From an uncultured Lachnospiraceae bacterium (GTDB lineage: Bacteria; Bacillota; Clostridia; Lachnospirales; Lachnospiraceae): a DNA stretch of 64,000 nt. Where the stretch lies: positions 6,037 through 70,036 of the forward strand of contig CAMJHQ010000013.1 in the NCBI GenBank assembly GCA_946405625.1, read 5' to 3'. Positions 28,693-38,980 of the stretch are shown here, one piece after another (the stretch's first letter is position 1; each line of letters opens with the position of its first letter). Both the position numbers and the translations under genes were made by a program. The notes beneath the pieces were generated by a model. That model saw only the letters and a list, made by a program, of their open reading frames with translations, was not told where the DNA came from and searched no databases.

Positions 28693-30180
28693 TTATATTT
28701 TTTTACTCTTCTTCTTAAACTTCGAAGTAATGATTCCGAGTATTTCCACCACCAGATTATCCTTTGATACCAGCAGGATAATTCCGTATGCCGTGAAGAA
28801 TATCATCGCCGAAAACATAAGTCTCAAAAAACTGTTTAATTCCGGATGGGTTGTAAAAACAATATATTTCAGCCAGAATGCTCCGGCTATCGGAGCTATT
28901 GCCGCAGGAATCAGTTTTATAAATTTTATATCTCCGAACAGCTTTACGGGCTGATCCTTAATGGCATTCATCTGATATATCGTTACACCCAGCTCTGCGG
29001 CAAGCGTACCGATAGCAGCTCCGACAACCGCAAGTTTCGGAATAAGGATTGCATTTAATATCAGGTCTATAACAGCGCCTATCACTTCGGAATAAAATAC
29101 TTTCTTCTCCATTCCGAGAGGAACCATCATCTGAATACCCGATACATTTGTTATTCCTATCAGTATAAGAGTCGGCATGAGTACGATCATCGGAACTATC
29201 GCTCCCGAATACTCAACACCCGAAAGAAGAGTTATTCCTTCCTCGGCAAACAGCATAAAGTACACACAAAGAGGCACCGCCATAAGTAATATGAGATGCA
29301 TCGTTTTACGTAGTATCCGGTAAAACTCAGCCATCTTTGCCTCCTGAACGAAAGTTGTCGCTCTCGGAAGAAGCACCGTACTTGCCGACGTTACGATTCC
29401 CATCAGAATATTCTTGATCTTTACAGCTGCTCCGTATAATCCGACAGCATCATCATCCTTCATAAAGCCCAGCATTACCTGATCCAGTCTGGTATAGATT
29501 ACCGTCGCTATCGACATTGAAAAGAACAGTAAAACCGGTTTTCTGTGCTGTTTAAAATCGTAATCACGTCTGGGTTTAAAACTGATATACTTACGTGCAT
29601 TTATCAGATTGAGTACATCTGATGCAGCTGTTGAGAATATCGTTATTCCGCCATAGATAATATAATCATCCTTGGATCTCACCATCAGAAACATTGCAAT
29701 CAGTCCGATGACTTTAAAGATAACGGATCTTGATGTTATATAGGAATACATCTCAAGTCCCTTATACATCCACTCGATACCGATCGCATTCAGGAAAATG
29801 AGCGTACTCATTACGATCAGGAGAACCTTCTCTCTTCCGAATTTCGGAACTATTTGCAGCGAAAATCCAAAAGCAATATATACAAGTATGCTCATGAAGA
29901 TATTGATCATAAGAAGCTCATGAACAACTCTTGTCAGCTTCTCTTTATCATCTCTGACCTTCGCAACCGCCTTCACACCATAGTCGGGAATTCCGAGCTG
30001 TGCAAACATTGCAAAGTAAGTTATTACAGCTGCCGCAAAATCAACCTTTCCCGTTCCCGTCTTTTTAATTACTCTCGAAGCATACGGAAATGAGATAAGC
30101 GGAAAAAGAAATCTCGACATCGTAAGGATGGCGTTCATTATCATATTCTTTTTTATAGAAACAGGTTTTCTATCACTCAT
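28693..30180 (-). CDS. Polysaccharide flippase (Wzx-like, MOP superfamily), second copy
   Basis: MSDRKPVSIKKNMIMNAILTMSRFLFPLISFPYASRVI is a typical Wzx N-terminus, and the protein is polytopic. The start is uncertain; the track gives a GTG at 30210. Confidence 0.75.
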   Translation of the reverse strand: MSDRKPVSIKKNMIMNAILTMSRFLFPLISFPYASRVIKKTGTGKVDFAAAVITYFAMFAQLGIPDYGVKAVAKVRDDKEKLTRVVHELLMINIFMSILVYIAFGFSLQIVPKFGREKVLLIVMSTLIFLNAIGIEWMYKGLEMYSYITSRSVIFKVIGLIAMFLMVRSKDDYIIYGGITIFSTAASDVLNLINARKYISFKPRRDYDFKQHRKPVLLFFSMSIATVIYTRLDQVMLGFMKDDDAVGLYGAAVKIKNILMGIVTSASTVLLPRATTFVQEAKMAEFYRILRKTMHLILLMAVPLCVYFMLFAEEGITLLSGVEYSGAIVPMIVLMPTLILIGITNVSGIQMMVPLGMEKKVFYSEVIGAVIDLILNAILIPKLAVVGAAIGTLAAELGVTIYQMNAIKDQPVKLFGDIKFIKLIPAAIAPIAGAFWLKYIVFTTHPELNSFLRLMFSAMIFFTAYGIILLVSKDNLVVEILGIITSKFKKKSKKI

Positions 30181-30299
30181 TATTATCTCTGAAATCCTTA
30201 TTTTTAGCACGATACGGATAAATCAAATATACGTACCGGCAACTGATACAACTCGTGAAACCTTACACGACTCTGTCACAAGTTTGCGGCGGCTGATCA

Positions 30300-32330
30300 T
30301 CAATGCTCCGTGAAATACTTTATATTTCCGAGATATGTATCATATACCGACGAGTCGATCACTTTATTTGTTTTTTTATCATAAACGACAACATTGATGC
30401 CCCTTCGGTTCATCGAATAATCAGTGCCGTTCAGAATGATCTTTGAGACATTATCCGCCTCAAAGCCTGCACTTACAAGCGTATAATCTATCTTGTCTCC
30501 CGTAATGTCGTTCACAATCTGTCCCGATGCGGAAACCGTATCATCTTTTGCAGATGCAATTTCTTCTTCTATGACTTTTCCGTCTATTACAGCGTAAAAG
30601 CCCTTTCTGTTCGCATTTGAGAAGTCTGAGGTAATTCCGAGGTTCGTCATTCTCTGTATCATCTCGGTATCCATTTTCTCAGCCGCATCATCCTTTACCG
30701 ACATGAATGTGATATAGTCCTTACTTCCCGCGTCGTCAAGACATTCATATATATCACGAAGCTCCGTTTTCGGATCAGTCAGTTTCTTGGTTGAAACGGT
30801 ATATTTCTTACCGTTGATCTTTATCTTTGAAATAATAGTCAGATCTATATCGTCATGAAGATAATAATCCTCTATATAAACGCGTGCATCATATTTCCAC
30901 TCTTCACCGCTGTAATGCCACTCGCCTATACCTATCCTCTTCAATCCCGCATAAATCTCAACATAGATTCTATCGAGTCCATCGATTTTATATATATCCA
31001 TGCAGATATTCATTCTTAGATGAATTCCCTTGCCGCATGTGAAGTGATCGCTGAGTATATCTGTAACCTGTAAATCCGACGAATTTTTCAGTAAATTAAC
31101 TGTCTCATCGGTCGATATACCGGTCTGAGCCTCATACTGTGCTGAATTTTTAATCGAATGCGCCTTAATATAAAGGCCTGCAAAAATATAACATATAAAT
31201 GCAGCAAAGACCATTACCGCGGATGCGACAATCACAGTCCTGCTTTTCTTCACCTTTGAAAAAGGCTTATATATTAACCTGTGAAGATGAAGCTTCTTAA
31301 GTATTACAGCTATCAATATAGATACAGCTGTACTTATCACCGTATTGATAAGTATCGCAGGAATGGCATAGGTTAAACCGATCCTGACAAGAAGCACTCT
31401 TATCGCTGCGGTAAAAAGTATATGAACAACATAAATATCCAGCGAATATCTTCCTACAAACTGCAGGAAACCCGTATATCTGTCAGGGATCACGCTGCTG
31501 AACAGGAACCATATCAGCGGGCATATAAGCAATCCGGCAAGTATTCCCACCACCTGTTCCTTATATAAAACTCTCCAGCCGTTTCTGTCCCAGAATGCAT
31601 AGCAGATGATTACTCCCATAACAAAAAGAACCGCTGCCGAAATAGCTCTTTTTCTTTTTAGTTCCTTATCATCCCTGCCTATACCGGCTATGGCATAGTT
31701 TATTCCAACTGCGAAAAATCCGCTGTACTTACATAACCTGTATAACTCAGCTACCGACTCACGAGTCTGATCGACCACATAATCTCCGGTAAATCCGATA
31801 AGCATAAATACAACCATTGATATCATTGCCGCAAAGCGGAAGTGCTTTGCTGATATCTTGTTGAGTAACACCATATATAACGGAAATACAATGAAAAAGA
31901 TTATCAGGATATATAAGTACCAGAAAGGTGCAATGGTCTTAACCAGTATTTTCAGCACATCCAGCTGAGTAACGTCATTACTCACATACCCCGGAACCGT
32001 CAACTTGATAATTCCGTATATCAGGCTATATAACAGATAAACAAAGATAAGATTTGCAAGATGCTTCAGATATCTATCCTTATCCATCACATATGCTTTG
32101 CCCTCACGGTGATAATATGCTTTCAAAAACATGTATCCGCTTACTGTCATCATCATCGGCATATGGAATACATAGATTATATTATAAGCACTCCAAAACA
32201 GTCTGTTATCGTCCGGAGAAAAGCCGCCGTAGAGATAGCCGTTAAGCACATGGCCCAGCACTACAAGAATTATAATAAATCCCTTTAAGGCATCTATATT
32301 TTTTAACCTTGTATCGCTCTTTTCCGCCAT
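30300..32330 (-). CDS. Acyltransferase family 3 membrane protein with a large non-SGNH C-terminal extracytoplasmic domain
   Basis: NIDALKGFIIILVVLGHV (acyltransferase_3 N-terminus) and about 10 TM helices, then roughly 300 aa of soluble sequence. The region near RRGINVVVYDKKTNKVIDSSVYDTY recalls ILEI/FAM3-type domains, recalled from memory only. Confidence 0.75.
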   Translation of the reverse strand: MAEKSDTRLKNIDALKGFIIILVVLGHVLNGYLYGGFSPDDNRLFWSAYNIIYVFHMPMMMTVSGYMFLKAYYHREGKAYVMDKDRYLKHLANLIFVYLLYSLIYGIIKLTVPGYVSNDVTQLDVLKILVKTIAPFWYLYILIIFFIVFPLYMVLLNKISAKHFRFAAMISMVVFMLIGFTGDYVVDQTRESVAELYRLCKYSGFFAVGINYAIAGIGRDDKELKRKRAISAAVLFVMGVIICYAFWDRNGWRVLYKEQVVGILAGLLICPLIWFLFSSVIPDRYTGFLQFVGRYSLDIYVVHILFTAAIRVLLVRIGLTYAIPAILINTVISTAVSILIAVILKKLHLHRLIYKPFSKVKKSRTVIVASAVMVFAAFICYIFAGLYIKAHSIKNSAQYEAQTGISTDETVNLLKNSSDLQVTDILSDHFTCGKGIHLRMNICMDIYKIDGLDRIYVEIYAGLKRIGIGEWHYSGEEWKYDARVYIEDYYLHDDIDLTIISKIKINGKKYTVSTKKLTDPKTELRDIYECLDDAGSKDYITFMSVKDDAAEKMDTEMIQRMTNLGITSDFSNANRKGFYAVIDGKVIEEEIASAKDDTVSASGQIVNDITGDKIDYTLVSAGFEADNVSKIILNGTDYSMNRRGINVVVYDKKTNKVIDSSVYDTYLGNIKYFTEH

Positions 32331-32333
32331 TAA

Positions 32334-33688
32334 CTAATGTACCTCAGAATTCATTAACTCTCTTTTGCGAATCCGTCTTTTAGCGACAGACAGAATATCG
32401 GAATGTATATAATAATATCTTATCGCATTTCCGATAAGCAGGATAAACGGTGTAAATATTATATTCATCAGCTGCGGATCTATCATGGCTCTTACCATGA
32501 TCACCATAAATATCCATGCAGTCACGATATCATTTGTATCCATAAGAAATTTCATTATGATCAGCAGAATTGCCGTCATAAGCAGGAATATAACGATACC
32601 GTTCTTTATGATTATGTTCCAGTAAGAACAGTCAACAAACATATAGTCCGGAGTTCCTCTGTAACCATATAATCTCCATTCAAATTTGCTTCCGAAAAGA
32701 TGTATTCCAAACTCTTTTATAGCATCTCTTGTCAGAAGCAGTCTGTTCGACAGTTTGGCATTCAAAGCTCTGTAAAATGCACTTCCGTCGGAATAATTAT
32801 ACCCTATATAAAGTGATATCAGGATCAATCCTATAAATGCGGCTATAACCAAAACTCTGAATAATCTGTTCTTCAGGAACCTTGTACGTATCAGCTTTGA
32901 ACACTTGATACACAGCATTCCGGCAACAAAAAGGAGAACACAGTAGTATACACCTCTTGTATCGGTACGAACCTTCAAAATGTAATTAAGTACAAGTATT
33001 ATCACATACTTTGCAAGCTCATTTACCGACAGATCTCTCTTTCTGTTTACAAAACCATCCAGATAAACGACAGTGATGAAAAGGCTCGGTCCCATCGTAG
33101 GATAATCAAATCCCAGATAATCTCTGGTAACTCTCTCACCTTCAACATTTCATCCAGATAAACGACAGTGATGAAAAGGCTCGGTCCCATCGTAGGATAA
33201 TCAAATCCCAGATAATCTCTGGTAACTCTCTCACCTTCAACATTTCTGTCTACATTTTCTATCAGACTGTAATAACCCGCAAACAGCCCGGCCTTATCAC
33301 AGAGAATTATCAGAATTATAAAGGCCAGCATCGAAATTGCGAGAACCTTAAATACCTTATCAAAATCAACATCCTCTGATGCGATCATAAAGACCAGCAG
33401 TATCATCAGCTCTCTTATTGAACCCGAGCTGAGGATAGTAAGTGCAAAGACTGCCGACGCCAAAACCAGAGAAACGATATTTCTGAAATAGCCTTTTATC
33501 CCGATTGATAAACACAGCAAAAAAAACGATATCCCGAACCTGACCAATCTGGCAGATTCGGGGAGTTCAAACTTACCAACCAGACTTGACATAAGCATTC
33601 CGGTTATAACGTAAAAAACCAGGGCCACGGTATAAACCATTTCCCAATTCCTGAATTTTAAAGTTTTCAGAGAATAATTAACTTTCAT
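32334..33688 (-). pseudogene. Wzy-like repeat-unit polymerase / O-antigen-ligase-like membrane protein, disrupted by a 95-bp tandem duplication
   Basis: The two track ORFs (33047-33688 and 32334-33095) share the peptide MGPSLFITVVYLD encoded by the two repeat copies. Deleting one copy gives a 1260-nt, 419-aa polytopic ORF. Confidence 0.75.
33056..33245. repeat. Perfect 95-bp tandem duplication (2 copies)
   Basis: 33056-33150 and 33151-33245 are identical base for base (catccagataaacgacagtgatg...caccttcaacattt). Confidence 0.97.
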
Positions 33689-33698
33689 ATCACATTTC

Positions 33699-34736
33699 TC
33701 ACGGCAGTATCAGCCGTCCGACCTTTACACGTCTTAACACCCATGCAATTCCCATGCATATCGCAGCTGCTGGTATAAATCCAAAAAGCCTCCACAGGAT
33801 TGAATACTGATCGATATTAAATATTTTTATCAGCCCCTGTATTACAAACCAATGAAGCAGGAAAAAAGAAAATGTATATTTTCTTAAAACATCTATCAGT
33901 TTATTGACTATCTTATTCTTCTCGATAAATCTGTATGCATATTTAATAAAAACAAAAAATGCAACGCCCTGAAGGATCGCAGGAATATTGGTATATTCCT
34001 TAAATGCCGTATCTACTGCACCTGCTTTCATAGAGCGTATATACGTACCGAATAACTGAAATCCGAGTCCTGCCAGTCCTCCTAGATATATCAGAACTCT
34101 TGCCGTAATCTTTAGCTCGACACTATCAATTATATATCCGAGAAAAAGGAATATCAGATAGTAGCTTCCCACTATGGTGACAATATTCGGATTTACTCGT
34201 ATCTTAAAGCACGAATTCAGAAACGGAAAAAGGAAATCCAGGATCAACGCTGTTACGGCAATATAAGTAAAGATCTTCAGCTTTTTCGATTTTTCAACAC
34301 CGGCAAAAACAGGAATTGCAAGATATGATATAAACAGCGGTCTGAAAAACCAGAAGACCGGAACAAATGAACTGAATGCCATAAGTCCGTTGAAAATATT
34401 CCTGAATACAAGTGCCTCAACCGGAATATCCTTAAAAAATACTACATGAACTATAAGTCCCATTATCGACCAGAACAGAAAAGGAACAAAGGTCTTTACA
34501 GCCCTCTTCTTGAAATATACGCCTAAACCGTATCTTTCATAAAAATCCATCAGAGTCGCCCCGGAAATCATAAAGAATACCGGAACCGCAAAATAGAAAA
34601 CCGACTCTATTATAAGTGCTGATTTCCAATAGGACTGCGTACTGCTGAATTCCCAGAATACTCCGTTTACATGAAGGATTATTACCGAAAATGCAGCTAT
34701 TATCGATAAAAGATCAAGATATCTTTTTTCTTTCAT
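33699..34736 (-). CDS. Acyltransferase family 3 (membrane O-acyltransferase)
   Basis: YLDLLSIIAAFSVIILHVNG. 345 aa with about 10 TM helices. Confidence 0.8.
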   Translation of the reverse strand: MKEKRYLDLLSIIAAFSVIILHVNGVFWEFSSTQSYWKSALIIESVFYFAVPVFFMISGATLMDFYERYGLGVYFKKRAVKTFVPFLFWSIMGLIVHVVFFKDIPVEALVFRNIFNGLMAFSSFVPVFWFFRPLFISYLAIPVFAGVEKSKKLKIFTYIAVTALILDFLFPFLNSCFKIRVNPNIVTIVGSYYLIFLFLGYIIDSVELKITARVLIYLGGLAGLGFQLFGTYIRSMKAGAVDTAFKEYTNIPAILQGVAFFVFIKYAYRFIEKNKIVNKLIDVLRKYTFSFFLLHWFVIQGLIKIFNIDQYSILWRLFGFIPAAAICMGIAWVLRRVKVGRLILP

Positions 34737-34764
34737 TTCTCATCATACTTTCTGTCTGAAAACC

Positions 34765-35703
34765 TTACTGCTCCGGCTTCCATCCCGGTTTAACAACCGG
34801 ATGTATTCCGAGCTTTCCTCTTACGCCGTCTCTGATACCCATGAAGAACAGCTTCGCTCTCGGACGTGTATCCTTCTTGAGATACATAAGAAAGCTCTTT
34901 CCGAATTTCTTTATAACCTTGATCATATACACATGCTTCTTATGATGCTTCTTATATGTGTATATCTCATTTCGCAGTCCGTAATAGTCCTTCCATGTTA
35001 TGTTTGAACCGCCATAAGCCTGCTCAACATCATGTATGATCTCCAGAGACGGAATAACATACATTCTTCCGTATTTTCTTAATCTGTAACTATATTCTGT
35101 ATCATCAAACCAGATAAAGAAATCTCTCTCCGGAAGTCCGACAGCTTCGATTGCTTTTCTGCTGATGATCGTTCCAGCGAAAGATATGATATCAACCGGG
35201 AATAATTCCTTCTCATACTCCTCTTCGGGAACCTTCAGATCCATCGCATAGAATTTGGATCTTACTATATTTCTCCTATGCATCAGATCGATCTTTCCGT
35301 CCGTAACAACCTTACTTGCGATTGCCGAAAGCTCTCCTTCATACTGTTCTGTATCAGAAAGCTTCTCTATATATTCGGAGCCTACCTCAAAAGCATTCTC
35401 CTTCGGATATACATCATCATCACTTACCCATACCCAGTCTGCATTCAGCTGAACGGCTCTCTTCATTCCTATATAAAAGCCTCCGCTGCCTCCGAGGTTG
35501 GTTGGTGCAGCACTGACATACTTCTTATATAGAGTCTTTGTCTTAAGCCACTCCTGCAGGAATTCTCCCGTTCCGTCCGTACTTGCATTATTAACTACCA
35601 GAATATAAGCCGGTTTGTTAGTCTGCTTATCAAAAGCTTCCAGCGAATTCTTCAGCTTATCCAATCTGTTAAATGTAACTATTACAACACCGATTTTTAT
35701 CAT
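34765..35703 (-). CDS. Glycosyltransferase family 2
   Basis: IGVVIVTFNRLDKLKNSLEAFDKQT...ILVVNNASTDGT and VWVSDDDVYP (DxD). Confidence 0.8.
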   Translation of the reverse strand: MIKIGVVIVTFNRLDKLKNSLEAFDKQTNKPAYILVVNNASTDGTGEFLQEWLKTKTLYKKYVSAAPTNLGGSGGFYIGMKRAVQLNADWVWVSDDDVYPKENAFEVGSEYIEKLSDTEQYEGELSAIASKVVTDGKIDLMHRRNIVRSKFYAMDLKVPEEEYEKELFPVDIISFAGTIISRKAIEAVGLPERDFFIWFDDTEYSYRLRKYGRMYVIPSLEIIHDVEQAYGGSNITWKDYYGLRNEIYTYKKHHKKHVYMIKVIKKFGKSFLMYLKKDTRPRAKLFFMGIRDGVRGKLGIHPVVKPGWKPEQ

Positions 35704-37013
35704 TTAGTCTTTCCCCTTGAAAGTTTATATTTTGCTCCCTGTATCACGCAGTCGGCCACTGTCGCAAAAAGAATCGTAAGAACCGTTATAAGGAGCAGTA
35801 CAAGCCATTCATCCTGAGTGCTGAGCTGCACTTCACGAAATGAATAATTCACGTAATCTATCACTTTATGCTGAAGCAGGAAAATACCGTATGACTGTGC
35901 GCTTACAAAGCAGATCAGCCACCAGAATGGTTTGATCTTTTTTATAAAATCCGCAAGACTGAACAAAAAGATATAAAGCATGACCGCAAAGGAGATCGCA
36001 TATATCATTTCCGGCATTCCTTCCGGCATCTTCACAAAGAATAAGACCAGTACACCCGCAAGTGATATGATCATCGGAATAATCCCTGTAAGTCTTTTTC
36101 TGAATTTTTCAAAAAGCATTCCAAGTACTACATATGTAAGGCATGACGCTATATTTCTCTGGCTGAGTATTCTTCCCGGTCCGTAGAAAGAGAAGTAAAC
36201 ATATGCCGCGGCAAATCCCACCGGAATAAGAATTTTAAAGAATATTCCCTGCTGAAAAAGCTTAGCAATGATCGGATACAGAATATATATCAGCACAAGT
36301 GCTCCGAGAAACCATTCACCTATCTGATAATAGGTCTTCAGTCCGTGGATAGACATATATCCGTCCATCCCGAATACGCTGAGTATAATACTCCATTTGT
36401 TTTCTCTGTAGAAAAATTTATGAACCTGAAGAACATCAAGAGTATACAGATATATCCATATCATCCAGAACATCGGAAACAGTCTGAGAAATCTTGATTT
36501 ATAAAAACTCCCCAGACTTTTAAAAGAATCAAATCTATTATATCTTCCGAACAGCGTCGAACCGGTCAGCATAAAGAACATGATGACAGCCACATATCCC
36601 CATTCCGATAAAGAAAATGTAAAGAAATGCGGAAACTCTTCCATATTCTCATAAGTTCTTGTCTGCCCCGAGAAGTGAAATGCAATTATCATCAGCGCAG
36701 AAAAACATCTGATAAGATCATATCCCGCAATACGCTCTCTGACCTTGACCGGCTGTTTTGTCTTGCCTCTACTGATCTTGACAGGCTGCTCTGTCTCGTT
36801 TCTATCGGCCTTGACAGGCTGTTTCTTTTCAGCCTTGCCACTATTCATTTCGACAGCAGTGCTTTCATTCAGATCCGCCTGCCTGTCGGATTCACTGTTC
36901 GGTGCCGCAACTACGGCCGCTTTACTGCCGGCTGTCTTCCCAAGGGACGGATTCCTGCCATTAGTTTTCTTTCTTGATGACTTCTTTTTTCCGGATGATC
37001 TTTTCTTACTCAT
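35700..37013 (-). CDS. Acyltransferase family 3 with a Lys-rich N-terminal extension
   Basis: IAGYDLIRCFSALMIIAFHFSG and polytopic. The N-terminal 100 aa or so are basic and low-complexity (KKRSSGKKKSSRKK). Start is ATG 37013 or TTG 37022. The 3' end overlaps the next gene by 4 nt. Confidence 0.75.
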   Translation of the reverse strand: MSKKRSSGKKKSSRKKTNGRNPSLGKTAGSKAAVVAAPNSESDRQADLNESTAVEMNSGKAEKKQPVKADRNETEQPVKISRGKTKQPVKVRERIAGYDLIRCFSALMIIAFHFSGQTRTYENMEEFPHFFTFSLSEWGYVAVIMFFMLTGSTLFGRYNRFDSFKSLGSFYKSRFLRLFPMFWMIWIYLYTLDVLQVHKFFYRENKWSIILSVFGMDGYMSIHGLKTYYQIGEWFLGALVLIYILYPIIAKLFQQGIFFKILIPVGFAAAYVYFSFYGPGRILSQRNIASCLTYVVLGMLFEKFRKRLTGIIPMIISLAGVLVLFFVKMPEGMPEMIYAISFAVMLYIFLFSLADFIKKIKPFWWLICFVSAQSYGIFLLQHKVIDYVNYSFREVQLSTQDEWLVLLLITVLTILFATVADCVIQGAKYKLSRGKTK

Positions 37014-37038
37014 CTTTCCCAATCTTCATTCATATAAT

Positions 37039-37980
37039 CTATAGACACATAAGCATCCATATATTACGTTTATTTCTTCTGATATCATATCGTCTGAAGC
37101 ATCTTATCCTCTGAATCTTACTCATCGAATAGAATTCCTTCATTACCCTGACGATCTTCCTGTTATCACCTGTAAACTTTATATTGTCAAGCTCTGCAGC
37201 CTGATTGACAAAATTCGAGATCATAAACTTCGTCTCGGAAACATGTGACAGTGTTATAAGCCAGTAAAGAAGTTTCAGCTTCTTCTTGATTCCTATCTCC
37301 TTCTCTGCACCTATACTGTTATCTCCATGCTGTCTGTAAAGCTGAAGGCTTTCGTTATGAAATGCAATTCTTCCTTTACCTGCGGCAATAAGTGTGAGCC
37401 ACCAGTCATGCCATCTGAGTTTATCACGGTCTTTATACTTCAGACCCTCATCACGAAGAGCTCGGTTGAATAGCGTTGTGCATCCCGCAACAACATTCTG
37501 AACTACAAGCCTGTTAAAGCTCAAATTCTCCGCATCCAGCCTGTTATATCTGATAAAGGAATCATTTATCACATCCAGCTTCTCATCGACAACCTTCATA
37601 TCTCCGAATACCAGAATAGGAGTTTCGGATGGATTTACGCCGTCTTCTCCCTCCATCTCATCAATGAGGCTCTTGAGCGTTTCAATCTTATGAGGAAGCC
37701 ATACATCATCCTGATCGCTGAACATATAGTAATCCGCTTCAACCTTGTTCAGAAGATACAGAAAATTATTCTTGCTTCCGCCTGTAGGCTCGCCTTCAAC
37801 TATCTTTACTCTGTCCGGATATTTCTCTGTATATTTCTTAACGATATCGATCGTTCCGTCAGTTGAACCATCATCATGAATAAAGACCACCGTATCGCTA
37901 TATGTCTGCTGAAGGATTGAATCCAGCTGTTCCTCTATATACTTTTCACCATTATAGGTTGCCATCAATATAGCTATCAT
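37039..37980 (-). CDS. Glycosyltransferase family 2 (rhamnosyltransferase-like subfamily)
   Basis: MIAILMATYNGEKYIEEQLDSILQQTY...IHDDGSTDGT and FSDQDDVW. Confidence 0.8.
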   Translation of the reverse strand: MIAILMATYNGEKYIEEQLDSILQQTYSDTVVFIHDDGSTDGTIDIVKKYTEKYPDRVKIVEGEPTGGSKNNFLYLLNKVEADYYMFSDQDDVWLPHKIETLKSLIDEMEGEDGVNPSETPILVFGDMKVVDEKLDVINDSFIRYNRLDAENLSFNRLVVQNVVAGCTTLFNRALRDEGLKYKDRDKLRWHDWWLTLIAAGKGRIAFHNESLQLYRQHGDNSIGAEKEIGIKKKLKLLYWLITLSHVSETKFMISNFVNQAAELDNIKFTGDNRKIVRVMKEFYSMSKIQRIRCFRRYDIRRNKRNIWMLMCL

Positions 37981-37982
37981 AG

Positions 37983-38966
37983 TTATCTCACCAGATACTT
38001 TCTGTATTGTCCGAGACTGAGAACTATCAGTCTGCTGGCCTTCTCGATCACTCTTCCCCAGACAACCTTATGTCTGATGCAGAATACAGCCGCCCTGAAG
38101 CCGCCCTTTTCAAGAGCTTCCTCGATTGCATTTACAAATCTTTCCTGCTGCCAGTTCAGCTCCAGCTTCTTCATTTCGCTTATCGCCATCAGTGTCTGGC
38201 TGTAAAGATTTGCATGAAGCTCAGACAGTTCCAGAAGATGTGTCACTCTTCTGAGGATCAGTCCGGCATCAGCCTTATATTTCTCATGGGAAGTCGAATT
38301 ATCGCCATGTCTTCTGTAATCCATCAGACTTTCAGGGAAGAAATATACGCTTCCGAAAACAGCCGCAAATTTCGTAAAATAATTATCATGCGACAGGATG
38401 TGAAGGTTCGGACGTGTCATATCCATAGCCGGAACCTTCTCGAAAAGCGCCCTGTTAAACATCGTATTACACCCGAAAACCTTATGCGAGAAGAAGAATG
38501 AAGTCCTGTTCTTGTTTCCCATTCCAAACTGCTTATTAAGGCTTGACTCTATCACATTGCCATCCTTATCTACAGTAGTCATATCCGCATAGCAGAGTAT
38601 AGGACGATTCTTCTTTTCTCTTTCCTTTACGAATCCGAGAAATCTCTCTATCTTATCCTCGTGCCAGATATCATCCTGATCCGAGAACATATAGTAATCA
38701 AATCTCTCCATATCTTTACATCTTGCAGAAAGTGCAAAGAAGTTCTCATATGCCCCGTGCTGATCCGTCTCATTGCTGCAGACGGATATCCTGTCATCAC
38801 GCGATGCATATTCCTTAACTATATCTACTGTTTTATCTGTTGAATTATCATCCTGAACAACCAGTTTCCAATTTCCGTATGTCTGGTTCAGAATACTGTC
38901 TATCTGGGCACTGATATAATTCTCGCCGTTATAAACAGCCATCATTATCAAAACCTTGTCGTTCAT
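37983..38966 (-). CDS. Glycosyltransferase family 2 (paralogous subfamily to 37039-37980)
   Basis: VLIMMAVYNGENYISAQIDSILNQTY...VQDDNSTDKT and FSDQDDIW. Confidence 0.8.
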   Translation of the reverse strand: MNDKVLIMMAVYNGENYISAQIDSILNQTYGNWKLVVQDDNSTDKTVDIVKEYASRDDRISVCSNETDQHGAYENFFALSARCKDMERFDYYMFSDQDDIWHEDKIERFLGFVKEREKKNRPILCYADMTTVDKDGNVIESSLNKQFGMGNKNRTSFFFSHKVFGCNTMFNRALFEKVPAMDMTRPNLHILSHDNYFTKFAAVFGSVYFFPESLMDYRRHGDNSTSHEKYKADAGLILRRVTHLLELSELHANLYSQTLMAISEMKKLELNWQQERFVNAIEEALEKGGFRAAVFCIRHKVVWGRVIEKASRLIVLSLGQYRKYLVR

Positions 38967-38980
38967 AGTATCTCCATTAA

